Source: a virus. Taken from it: a DNA stretch of 24,725 nt. The position numbers and the translations under genes are program-made. Within the stretch, counting starts at the first letter, position 1; every line of letters begins with the position of its first letter. This document shows, one piece after another, positions 6,300-15,168 of this stretch. The notes under the pieces were generated by a model, which saw nothing but the letters and a program-made list of their open reading frames with translations, did no database searches and was not told where the DNA came from. The DNA lies in the IMG/VR virus record IMGVR_UViG_3300009285_003054, positions 1 to 24,725 of that record, one strand, 5' to 3'.

Positions 6300-7205
6300 T
6301 CATCCTTGGTACTTCCAACCAGCAAATATAATCTTTCGACTTGGTGGGATGAATCTAACAAGTGCATTCAATACACCCAAGTCTGCACCCATTCGAGCAG
6401 CAGCAATGGCTGTGCTTTTGATTTTCTTCTCGGATAGCAGCTGATATGCAGCTGCTACCATTCGGCCTTCTTCATCCGATTCAATCCACATCTGCACATT
6501 GGCCCAGAGCTGCTTGAACTCCTCAGGATTTTTTCCATCCTCTAAGCGGGTGATGTTTACCCGCTTAGCTCCGGATATACTCCTCCTAGAGGTAATACCC
6601 GCGAGAAACCGCCATATCGCTAGCTGACACGCTTCTTGGTGCTTTTCCTGGATGCATCCAAAGAGTGTTTTCAGAGCGGCCATCGGGTCAAAGTCTTTGC
6701 TAAATTGTGGAATGATAGCAGTTGTTGTACGTAACACGGCGTCTATTTTAGTTGGGTGAATTGGTCGATACCCCGCGGCCTTGATGGACTCCTGAATCCC
6801 AGCTATGGTAGGCTGGGGGGTTATCAACCCCCAGGATCCGTCCACTGCTTGCTTGGCGTCTACTATTCGGATGTTCGCTCGGAGAGCATCGAGGATCTCG
6901 GGGTCGTCGTGGACTGACACCTTGATTTCTTCTTTGGTGAGGGGTCCCAGCTTCTTGAGGTTACGTGCCCCGCACACAATGAATACAATTGATTCTTCCC
7001 CATGTCTGTTGTGAATGGCTTCTCGGATATCCTCGCGAGGTACCTCGTCAGTCACCATGATGGTGCGTGTTCCGATAATGTTGGTAGAGAACAGGAACAC
7101 AACTGCGGGACTCTGATAACCAAACCCTGCCATTTTGGGAAAATACTGCGATTTTCCCAATTTGGTCGAAGGGTTCTTTGTCTTCTCTTTGGATTTTTTC
7201 ATCAT
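6300..7205 (-). CDS. Hypothetical protein in the replication cluster
   Basis: 301-aa ORF with SD AGGAG upstream. No motif recognised with certainty. Confidence 0.8.
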   Translation of the reverse strand: MMKKSKEKTKNPSTKLGKSQYFPKMAGFGYQSPAVVFLFSTNIIGTRTIMVTDEVPREDIREAIHNRHGEESIVFIVCGARNLKKLGPLTKEEIKVSVHDDPEILDALRANIRIVDAKQAVDGSWGLITPQPTIAGIQESIKAAGYRPIHPTKIDAVLRTTTAIIPQFSKDFDPMAALKTLFGCIQEKHQEACQLAIWRFLAGITSRRSISGAKRVNITRLEDGKNPEEFKQLWANVQMWIESDEEGRMVAAAYQLLSEKKIKSTAIAAARMGADLGVLNALVRFIPPSRKIIFAGWKYQG

Positions 7206-7251
7206 TTGTTGCTCCTATTTGTTAAGCATGGTAATTCTTTATGGTTTTTGA

Positions 7252-9336
7252 TTAGCGCCTTCTGCATTTCATATGCGAAATTCCTGCCGAATCTCTGTAG
7301 ACATGGATATGCTGAGAGAATGCACCGTGTCCACGGATTCCTTCCGAGTGTGAGATAGCAAATATAGACGGGAATTCAATACGTAATTCCGACAAAATGT
7401 CTATCAATGTGTCCCTACCACTATCGTCCAAACCCCCATCGAACTCGTCGAGGAAGAACACGTTCAGTTGGGTTGCTCTCAATTCTCGTTCCGCTAAAAG
7501 TAGGGCTAACGACAAGCGTTTTTTCTCACCTTCAGACAGAGATCCGATTTCAAAACACACACATTTAGGATCTTTCCTATCCGATGCCTCAAATATTATT
7601 TCAGCCTCTCCCGGTGCTAGAGTAAAATTGTACTTAGGTAGCAGATTCTGGATATAGGGTGTTAGCCGAGTCTGAATCTCTGCAAGGATTTGTTGCATCC
7701 TCTCCAAGCGTAGACCCCTATTCCCGAAGGCGTCTACGCAATCGGATAGCATGGTCAGTTTCTTTCGATTCTCCACACCCTTAGCTACTTCCTTTCGTGT
7801 CGTGCGAATCTGCGCACAGAGTTTTTGTATGCGGGAGATCTTTTGTTGTACCGCCAATAGGCGTCTGCTTTCCCTATCCCATTTGGATCGAATGTCATTT
7901 CTTTCCCTAGTTACCCGATCTACCATCCGCTGAGTCTTATCCGGATGGCCTTTAGGTAGATCGGAGATCTCTACCACCAACGCCTCTCTACGGAGGATTC
8001 CCTCTAGGTGTGTTTCTATGTCGGAGATCTCTTTGTCCGTCTGTGCAAGGGTAGTCTGAATCTTCGCGAGATTCCCCACCGGTAGTTGGTCTAGCTCTTT
8101 TTGTAGTCTTTGCTCCTCTTTGAGTTGAAGAATATACTCTTCGAATAGTTTTTGCTCGCGTTGAAGCGGAGTTAACTCCGCTTTCATCTTGTTTCGACCC
8201 TGCTGGAGTGATCCGAGTCGGCTAGGGTTTATGTCACCCCGCAATTTCTGTCGACATGTAGGACACCGATCGAGACCATTGAGAGATTCGATGATCTCTA
8301 TCTGGGCGTCAAGTTTGCTCAACTGTACACGTAAGGCTTTCAACGCGGATTTTCTCTTTTCTACGTTTTCGGGGATTGCGTAACCCGGAATACCTATCAT
8401 AGTGCTTTGCAGTAGCATCTTTTCCAAAACATTTCTGCGACGTAAGTCAGGGATTTTCCCACGCAGGGTATCTCTTTCTCTTCGGAGTTTACGGATCCGT
8501 TCTCGGGTGACATGACCATCTCCATCTTGGAGTCGACTTATCTCTCTTTCTAATTTCTTGCGTCTACGTTGCTTGTCCCGCCTACGCACGGCGGATATAA
8601 GTTTTACCTCTGTTTGAGCGTATTTCTCTTTGAGGTTCTCTACCCTTTGCTGAAGTGCAGAGACTGCACTTCGTATATGATTCAATGAGTCCTCTTGCGC
8701 CAGCTCGGACTCCAATAGCTTGAGGCGGGATGATGTATCTTCTATACCAGTCAATCTCGCTTGGATTCTTTCCCTAAGAGCTTTTATTTTGATCTGGATC
8801 TCATCATAGATGCCTAGTCCATAAGCATCGCTGATATACTTCGCACGGGAGCCCGGTGTACCTGACACCAGGGGGTGGGTCGCACGGTGAGGGAGACATA
8901 CGCTTGAGCAGAATTCCTCAAAGTTTATTCCGATTAGATTGGAAACATATGTCTGAGCTTCAACAGACCGAGTAGGAGATACGGGTTGGGGTTCATCACC
9001 ACGATATACTACTACCCCGTTCTTCTTGCCCTTGATCCCATAGGACTTGCAGACCCTGTATTTGGTATACTCCCCAGCTGTCTCCTCCCGGCGGAAGATG
9101 ATTTCCAGCGTCATCCCTTGCTTGTTGCGGAGTGCAACTCGATTTACTATGCGTTGTGCTCGACCACTCTTAGTGGTCTTCCCATAGAGGATATCGAGAA
9201 TTAGCTCGGTGATATTGGTTTTTCCCGAGCCATTGTGCCCAGTGACCAGGCACAACCCCTGATCTGCTAAGGGGAGGCGAAGACTACCCCAGGTGAGGCC
9301 GTTGTGGACACGTAACTCATCAAGCAGGATGTTCAT
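7252..9336 (-). CDS. sbcC: SbcC/Rad50 (T4 gp46-like) SMC-family ATPase
   Basis: Walker A GHNGSGKT, coiled coils with a central CPTC zinc hook, signature LSEGE, Walker B/D-loop FFLDEFDGGLD and H-loop ISH. ATG at 9336 overlaps the dnaX TGA (ATGA). Confidence 0.93.
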   Translation of the reverse strand: MNILLDELRVHNGLTWGSLRLPLADQGLCLVTGHNGSGKTNITELILDILYGKTTKSGRAQRIVNRVALRNKQGMTLEIIFRREETAGEYTKYRVCKSYGIKGKKNGVVVYRGDEPQPVSPTRSVEAQTYVSNLIGINFEEFCSSVCLPHRATHPLVSGTPGSRAKYISDAYGLGIYDEIQIKIKALRERIQARLTGIEDTSSRLKLLESELAQEDSLNHIRSAVSALQQRVENLKEKYAQTEVKLISAVRRRDKQRRRKKLEREISRLQDGDGHVTRERIRKLRRERDTLRGKIPDLRRRNVLEKMLLQSTMIGIPGYAIPENVEKRKSALKALRVQLSKLDAQIEIIESLNGLDRCPTCRQKLRGDINPSRLGSLQQGRNKMKAELTPLQREQKLFEEYILQLKEEQRLQKELDQLPVGNLAKIQTTLAQTDKEISDIETHLEGILRREALVVEISDLPKGHPDKTQRMVDRVTRERNDIRSKWDRESRRLLAVQQKISRIQKLCAQIRTTRKEVAKGVENRKKLTMLSDCVDAFGNRGLRLERMQQILAEIQTRLTPYIQNLLPKYNFTLAPGEAEIIFEASDRKDPKCVCFEIGSLSEGEKKRLSLALLLAERELRATQLNVFFLDEFDGGLDDSGRDTLIDILSELRIEFPSIFAISHSEGIRGHGAFSQHIHVYRDSAGISHMKCRRR

Positions 9337-10556
9337 TCTGCTTGATCCTCTGGCACACATGTGTCCCAGAGTCCGGTGACCACCAGAGTGGTCACCAAAG
9401 ATCCCGGTACAATGAAATTTTTGGCCCTCTCATACTGGCGAGCTAGATACTCACCCCCTCTAATGAGATCAGAGAGGGAGATGCCTTCCATACCCGCATC
9501 GACTCCAGCATCCGCATAAATCCGAAACATGCTGCTCGAGAAGTAGGGATCCACCAGACTTCTCGAAATGATCGCCTTGATTGTCTGATCCCACACTCGG
9601 ATCATTCCACCGAGCAACAAGTGGGCCTCCATACCCGACTTGTTTGCGGTTCGTAATGCTTCTGTTGGGTTTCCTGCCAAGATCTCTCCGATCACGTGCA
9701 TAGCCACTTGGTCGGGGTTTCCTGACTGTACGGAGTCGATGATGGTGGGCAGCATCCTCTTGATATCAACGCCACCCTTCCTTCTCTGCGCGTTTAGGAC
9801 CTGTTCGAGTACAGATATGCTGTCTCGGGGCGTATAATTGCACGCCACAACGATCCGCTTGAGCCACTTGTTGTCTAGTGTGGCATGTTCCTCTTTGACG
9901 ATCTTGGCTAGGCGTTTGCCCAGCTCTGCAAGGGTTGGTGGTCGGATCTTCAGGTGCCCAGCTCGGCATCTTCCTATCAGAGTACTTTTGAGTTTTCCTG
10001 GATCGGTCGTGGAAAGAATCCAGATGGTACTTCCCGCGGGGTCTTCCAACGGTTTGAGCATAGCCTCCTGTGCCTGTGGTGTAAGCCCCTGGGGCTCGTC
10101 CAACAGGATCACTCTACGCTGCCCCGTCATGGTGTGCAGTCTCGATTGCTGTACCAAGCTGCGGACATCATCAATGCCTCGCTCAGACGAGGCATTGATC
10201 TCGATATGTGCAGGGTGGGTAGGTGCGGGATAAGTAGCATACTTTTTGCACGAGTCACACTTCCCACAAGGATCTGCACCGGTCGTTACCCCGATGCAGT
10301 TTATGCGCATACTTATTAGCCGAGCGAAAGATGTCTTTCCTGTCCCTGTCCGCCCTTCGATTAACCATGCCCTCGGGATGCGCTTGGCACTGAACGCATC
10401 CCGTACCACCTCGATTGCAGATGTCTGTCCAGCGAAACTCCGCATATCTCGTGGTCGATACTTGTGAGTTAGGGGAATGCCTTCCTCGGAAGTTTCCTGT
10501 TCCTGTCGAGCCCGCTCCATTATTTTATTTCGTACTGTTACGCTCGGTTTGGCCAC
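9333..10556 (-). CDS. dnaX: DNA polymerase III gamma/tau-like clamp loader AAA+ subunit
   Basis: HKYRP, Walker A GRTGTGKT, zinc module C...PCGKCDSC, EINASSERGIDDVR, Walker B LLDE, LKPLEDP and GRC (SRC variant). SD AAAGGAGGT precedes the GTG start. Confidence 0.95.
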   Translation of the reverse strand: MAKPSVTVRNKIMERARQEQETSEEGIPLTHKYRPRDMRSFAGQTSAIEVVRDAFSAKRIPRAWLIEGRTGTGKTSFARLISMRINCIGVTTGADPCGKCDSCKKYATYPAPTHPAHIEINASSERGIDDVRSLVQQSRLHTMTGQRRVILLDEPQGLTPQAQEAMLKPLEDPAGSTIWILSTTDPGKLKSTLIGRCRAGHLKIRPPTLAELGKRLAKIVKEEHATLDNKWLKRIVVACNYTPRDSISVLEQVLNAQRRKGGVDIKRMLPTIIDSVQSGNPDQVAMHVIGEILAGNPTEALRTANKSGMEAHLLLGGMIRVWDQTIKAIISRSLVDPYFSSSMFRIYADAGVDAGMEGISLSDLIRGGEYLARQYERAKNFIVPGSLVTTLVVTGLWDTCVPEDQAE

Positions 10557-10587
10557 GAATACCTCCTTTGGTATATTTACCCAAACT

Positions 10588-11664
10588 TTACTCTGTGTTT
10601 CGTAGTAGGTATGGCTTGACTAGTCGTATGGCAGATCCTGCATCTTCCGGAGTGTAATTCTTTTTGTGTAGTAGCCATGCCCGGAGATCTCTGGATAGAT
10701 TTTGCTTGTGTGCCTGTCGGATCAAATCTTGAGGGGTGTGTCTAGTCGAGGATGACGCTTTCGGTGTGACTTTAACTACCACCCCACAGCTAGAGACATC
10801 TACATTGTTCCGATTAGACCGGAGGTTAACCCACCCTGGGTCTCTGGCGATCCTCTGGATGTCATCTTCTGTGGGGTCTTCCAGATTTATCAAAGGCAGT
10901 ATATCGGAGTGTTGTATAGGGATGAACTCTGGGTGGTGAGGATCGTCAGTGTCTACTAGGAGAACACCTTTTTCCAAAGTTTCCCCGAAGTTCATTTGTA
11001 CCGGGGGCCCAGAATAGTGCGCACCCTTCGCAATTTGTTGACATCGGTGAATATCCCCTAATGCCCAATAAGTCACCTCGGGGATTCTGGGAAAGCGAAT
11101 TCCAGACTTAGTATACTCCCCAGTGGTATCCAGATCCGTTATGGAGCCACGAAACATCTCGTGGCTCGCCACCACAATGGGTGGGGGTTTCTTTGGGAAT
11201 TCATCGCTTACTTGCTTAACCAACAAGGACACTCTTTTATAGAAGAGACGTTCTTTCCCCACAAAGGGGACTAAGAGAAAATGTATACCATCAACGATCA
11301 CGCGGACGGGTTTTATTTCTGCTACGGTGACGTGTGGGATTCGATTTGATGCCTGTAGAATGCTGAGGAAATGTAGTGATGTGTACCCACGCTCTAGTAC
11401 GTCGTGGTTTCCATTGATGATTAGAACACGGATGTCCCAATTGCTTAGCAGACATCTGAGTAGAACGTCACGCTCTTTAGGGTAGACATTCGAGTGCTCG
11501 AATACATCCCCGGCGAGCACTACGGTGGATGCGGCTCGATCCCGAGCCGCATCGAAGATACATTGTAGAGTACTGCTATATCTCCGAAGTTTCTGCTCCA
11601 TACTAACTGTCCGTAGACCCCGAAGCGCTCCAATGTGGATATCTGCTGTGTGGATGAATCGCAT
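10588..11664 (-). CDS. sbcD: SbcD/Mre11 (T4 gp47-like) metallophosphoesterase nuclease
   Basis: HTADIHIG, AGDVF, GNHD, SH, ALGDIH and YSG motifs; lies near sbcC. Confidence 0.93.
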   Translation of the reverse strand: MRFIHTADIHIGALRGLRTVSMEQKLRRYSSTLQCIFDAARDRAASTVVLAGDVFEHSNVYPKERDVLLRCLLSNWDIRVLIINGNHDVLERGYTSLHFLSILQASNRIPHVTVAEIKPVRVIVDGIHFLLVPFVGKERLFYKRVSLLVKQVSDEFPKKPPPIVVASHEMFRGSITDLDTTGEYTKSGIRFPRIPEVTYWALGDIHRCQQIAKGAHYSGPPVQMNFGETLEKGVLLVDTDDPHHPEFIPIQHSDILPLINLEDPTEDDIQRIARDPGWVNLRSNRNNVDVSSCGVVVKVTPKASSSTRHTPQDLIRQAHKQNLSRDLRAWLLHKKNYTPEDAGSAIRLVKPYLLRNTE

Positions 11665-11666
11665 GG

Positions 11667-13070
11667 CTACTCAATATCCTTGGTGAACTCTTTGTATTGT
11701 TCAAATGCCCACCCTGTGGCCATCTGTTGTCTGCAAATGTTGTGCAGGTCTATTAGATATGTTCCGGGGTCATGTGCCTCTTCGTAAACTAGTCTTCGGA
11801 ATTCCACCCATGACATGCTCACTCCGTAGAATTTCTTGGCCTTTTTGTAGACTATTTCTTTTGTATCCCCCACAACAGTCGGAACCTGAACATTAAGGGT
11901 AACCCTTTCTCGACCAACCCATTCTGCCTGTCCAGTCATGCAGAGGAATTGAAACACATCATACGCTCGATCCACCCCCGAGCCACCACCACCGCTCTCT
12001 TTGAAGCAGATTCGACTCCATGTCTGGTCAGTGGCTGATCCTCGTCTTCGATTTTTCTTGAATGCGTGAGCAGCGTATACAAAAAAATCCTTCCCACTGA
12101 GACGCCAAGACTGCTCTATCCGCCTCCCTTTGGCTTTTACTGCCGGTTGTGGCATGCCTGATGAACGCGCAGACATCCATTCGATGGTATCCGAGTGGTG
12201 ATGGAGTGCCGATCCCCCCGTCATGTACTCTGGAGATCCAAAGACCACCCCGGGTTTTACTTTGATATGGTTGGTGAAGAAAAGCACACCACCCTTCCGT
12301 TTAAGCAGTGATCTTACTACATGAAACCCGGTACCAAACATCCGGGCTTGAGCAGCCATCGGGTTGCTGTCGGGGTTATCAGCTAATGATTTAGGGGTAA
12401 GATTGGCTGCGCTATCACAGAAAAACGCAACCTGTGGTGGGCCGGATGTATAATCCGGTAAGGTTTTCAGTACCCATGCCATGAAGCGGAACCAGTCGTC
12501 ACCCGATGGAAAATCCACAAGTTTCAAACAGGGATGGGTCCAGGATTGATTTCTCGCGTCCCATTCCAGTTCTACACCCCACTTTCGGATAGCTACTGCG
12601 CCATATGTCCAGTCTATGGCTGTCTCTGCGTCGAAAACATAGGTTACGATCCTCCTAGCAAGACAGTCACCCATAGACTCAAAGTAATCGGTTGTCTTCC
12701 CTGCGTGGGGATGCCCCGCTTTTGTATGCACCTTCCCTGGTGGGATCCCACCCCCCAGTGCTAAATCAGCCACTAAACATCCGGATGTGACGCATACGGA
12801 TGCGGTCGATACCGTGGCGTCTTCCCGCCTGCCACTGGTTTTGTCCAGAATAGTTAATAGGGTTTTATCCGGTGTCTGCACCTCAGTCGGGGTGTACTGA
12901 TCACATGCGGGTGTCGAGTTGGCTACCCCCCTCATCAATCGACACCCTAACCGTGGGTTACCTAGCTCAAAACATGGTGCGTCAATCCATTTACAGTAAA
13001 TGCAACTTTTTTTCGACTTGTGGGGTTTTCTACCATGGGGAAGGGGGCCTGGCTGATGTGGCTTTAACAT
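11667..13070 (-). CDS. recA: RecA/UvsX-like recombinase with a Cys-rich N-terminal extension
   Basis: SG...DLALGGGIP.G, Walker A GHPHAGKTT, FDAE.AID, Walker B FFCDS, AAQARM and FTNH....GVVFGSPE..TGG.AL. Start placed at ATG 13070, which overlaps the upstream stop; the ORF track extends to 13160. Confidence 0.9.
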   Translation of the reverse strand: MLKPHQPGPLPHGRKPHKSKKSCIYCKWIDAPCFELGNPRLGCRLMRGVANSTPACDQYTPTEVQTPDKTLLTILDKTSGRREDATVSTASVCVTSGCLVADLALGGGIPPGKVHTKAGHPHAGKTTDYFESMGDCLARRIVTYVFDAETAIDWTYGAVAIRKWGVELEWDARNQSWTHPCLKLVDFPSGDDWFRFMAWVLKTLPDYTSGPPQVAFFCDSAANLTPKSLADNPDSNPMAAQARMFGTGFHVVRSLLKRKGGVLFFTNHIKVKPGVVFGSPEYMTGGSALHHHSDTIEWMSARSSGMPQPAVKAKGRRIEQSWRLSGKDFFVYAAHAFKKNRRRGSATDQTWSRICFKESGGGGSGVDRAYDVFQFLCMTGQAEWVGRERVTLNVQVPTVVGDTKEIVYKKAKKFYGVSMSWVEFRRLVYEEAHDPGTYLIDLHNICRQQMATGWAFEQYKEFTKDIE

Positions 13071-14800
13071 TGTTCTACTCGCTTTCGACATACTGCGCAG
13101 AACAGATACCTTCCCGTTCCACACAGACCGTAAATGGTTGCCGAACCACATTGGGGACACTGGTGCCCGGATGGGGCACTGTGAAATGACGTCAATTCAC
13201 CATCTGCTGTAAAATCAATCCCGGAAATAGACATACACCCGGGCTCTGGGCACTGCAGTACCGGAGTAGGTTTGTATATCAGTCGCATGGGAACCCTCAT
13301 GTGTACTCGAAGATTGTCACATGTGGGTACTTCGGATCCGAAGACCTGATTAATACTGCACCATTCCGTGGTTACTGCAGTCGTCATGCAGTTGCGCCAA
13401 AACAGTCGAAGCACCTTTTCCGGAGAGGTCTTTCCTTCGGCTACGCCATGCAGCATGGCTTCTATTTTGGGTATCATACGTGGGGATGCAGCCGAAGAGA
13501 AGACTCTATTGAGTACCCGCCCTACCAATTCCCCTGTCTGTGATAACCGAAGGGATGAGTCTTCGGTAGTGATGAATCCCGCATCAATTGCCCGTTGCAG
13601 ATTTCGGACAAAGTGCCCGATGTCATTTACTCCAATATCTCTAAGAGTCTTGAGTAGGCTACCTACAGTGTAGGGTGTCTTTTGTGGATCGTGAATCTCT
13701 ACATGTGAGGCGGTAACCAGAGTTTTCTCTGCATCCAACAAATATTGATGCATCTCATCCCAAGAACCCCCACTCTTCGATGTATGTGTCAAAAGTATTT
13801 GTTTCCGATGAATAGAGTGACACCACCGAATTCGTTGACTACTATATGTAGGGTTGGACGACTCCCCCCAACAACGGATGGCTAATTTGCCTACATTCCC
13901 TCTACTCACTTTTCGGATGGCTTCCGGTGCCATTCGCACACAGAGATCCCCATCTCCCTCCGGAAATTCAATGTGCCCCTGTAGATATATGTCTAGCATC
14001 TCCGCATAGGCTGACCCTGGGGAACTATTGCTATGTACCTCTCGCATTACATTGATCATCGAGAATGGGGATTTTTCCCGCATGACAGTTGGCTCATCAT
14101 CTATTGAGACCCGATATTTATTGGTCTCTAGTAGGTGAGCCACCATCTTCGCTCTAATCCGGGTCATCTGCCCAGAGTAGATTGTTTCCCCGGACTCTAG
14201 TGTCACACCCACTCGCCATACCTTTGCCTCGGGGTCTTTACATGTACTCCTAATGTGCTGTTCTTTTTCTGCGAGGATCTGGAGAATCACTCCAATAGTT
14301 CGATTTATGGGGAGATCTTCTGGAGCATGCATGATCTCATGGAGTACAGCTCGACCCTTAACTGCGATCATGCGATCCATAGCTACTCTTACCCAATATG
14401 CCTGTGCCACGGGGAGATCTACTTGTTTGGCGGATGCTATCGCCTTATGCAATCCCCTAACGGTCAAACGCATCAGGCGCACCCGCTTAGCTAGGGGCAA
14501 AGTTTCCTGCATAATAGATGCAAAAAACTCTCCTCGTGGGGTAGGTTCAGTAGCCAAATATACCCGATACTCGCTCATCTTCTGGAGCTGGCGTACTAGC
14601 TCGTGGTCAACTTCCCAGCGGGGGCGCATGGTCTTGATACAGATACCCAACTCGGGATAATCTGGCCAGGCCACTATGTTCGGATCGATGTGAGTTACTC
14701 TCCAGTGTGGAAGTAGTCTGCGGACAACACGGGCGACCCTTTCATCGTCTGTTACAAGAATTTTTTGGCCATGACGACTGTGCTTTGTCTGCTTGGGCAT
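13064..14800 (-). CDS. topA: Degenerate type IA DNA topoisomerase-like protein lacking catalytic residues, with C-terminal zinc ribbons
   Basis: Collinear remnants of TopA motifs: YLATEPTPRGE (vs LATDPDREGE), DRMI, NRT (vs GRVQ), PF, YLQGHIEFPEGD (vs YE.G.ITYPRTD), EAIR, PYT.GSL, TG.LV and E..L..VAEG, plus C-terminal CPEPGC, CPQC and CAVC. Confidence 0.8.
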   Translation of the reverse strand: MPKQTKHSRHGQKILVTDDERVARVVRRLLPHWRVTHIDPNIVAWPDYPELGICIKTMRPRWEVDHELVRQLQKMSEYRVYLATEPTPRGEFFASIMQETLPLAKRVRLMRLTVRGLHKAIASAKQVDLPVAQAYWVRVAMDRMIAVKGRAVLHEIMHAPEDLPINRTIGVILQILAEKEQHIRSTCKDPEAKVWRVGVTLESGETIYSGQMTRIRAKMVAHLLETNKYRVSIDDEPTVMREKSPFSMINVMREVHSNSSPGSAYAEMLDIYLQGHIEFPEGDGDLCVRMAPEAIRKVSRGNVGKLAIRCWGESSNPTYSSQRIRWCHSIHRKQILLTHTSKSGGSWDEMHQYLLDAEKTLVTASHVEIHDPQKTPYTVGSLLKTLRDIGVNDIGHFVRNLQRAIDAGFITTEDSSLRLSQTGELVGRVLNRVFSSAASPRMIPKIEAMLHGVAEGKTSPEKVLRLFWRNCMTTAVTTEWCSINQVFGSEVPTCDNLRVHMRVPMRLIYKPTPVLQCPEPGCMSISGIDFTADGELTSFHSAPSGHQCPQCGSATIYGLCGTGRYLFCAVCRKRVEQC

Positions 14801-15150
14801 GTTTTGGCTCCATCAAGAGGGCTGGCCACCCTTCGAATTACATCTTCAGTTATAGGATCAAATGACAGGAGTATGTTGTCACAACGGCAACCGTTGTGAT
14901 ATCTCAGTATACGGGGAATTCTCGCTACGGGAATATGGTGGGAATCCTCGGGGGTTATCATTACAATGGTGGGATGTTCTAGTAATGGTGCATTTTCCGA
15001 GAAAACTTGAATATGCCCAGACATCCTTCGATCATCTGGGGATATTATGAGCACTACACAGCAGGGGTACTTTCGGATATACTTCCGAAACCCCCTTGCT
15101 GTGATCCTCCTAGCCACATACATATCGACTGGTGTGGAAGACGAAGACAT
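14752..15150 (-). CDS. Hypothetical protein, possible thioredoxin-like fold without CxxC
   Basis: Pattern IT..GF......VVLI.SP....M, then V..IP.IL.Y.NG resembles thioredoxin, but there is no CxxC at the active-site position. Confidence 0.5.
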   Translation of the reverse strand: MSSSSTPVDMYVARRITARGFRKYIRKYPCCVVLIISPDDRRMSGHIQVFSENAPLLEHPTIVMITPEDSHHIPVARIPRILRYHNGCRCDNILLSFDPITEDVIRRVASPLDGAKTCPSRQSTVVMAKKFL

Positions 15151-15168
15151 TCTGGTTGCACCCTTCTC

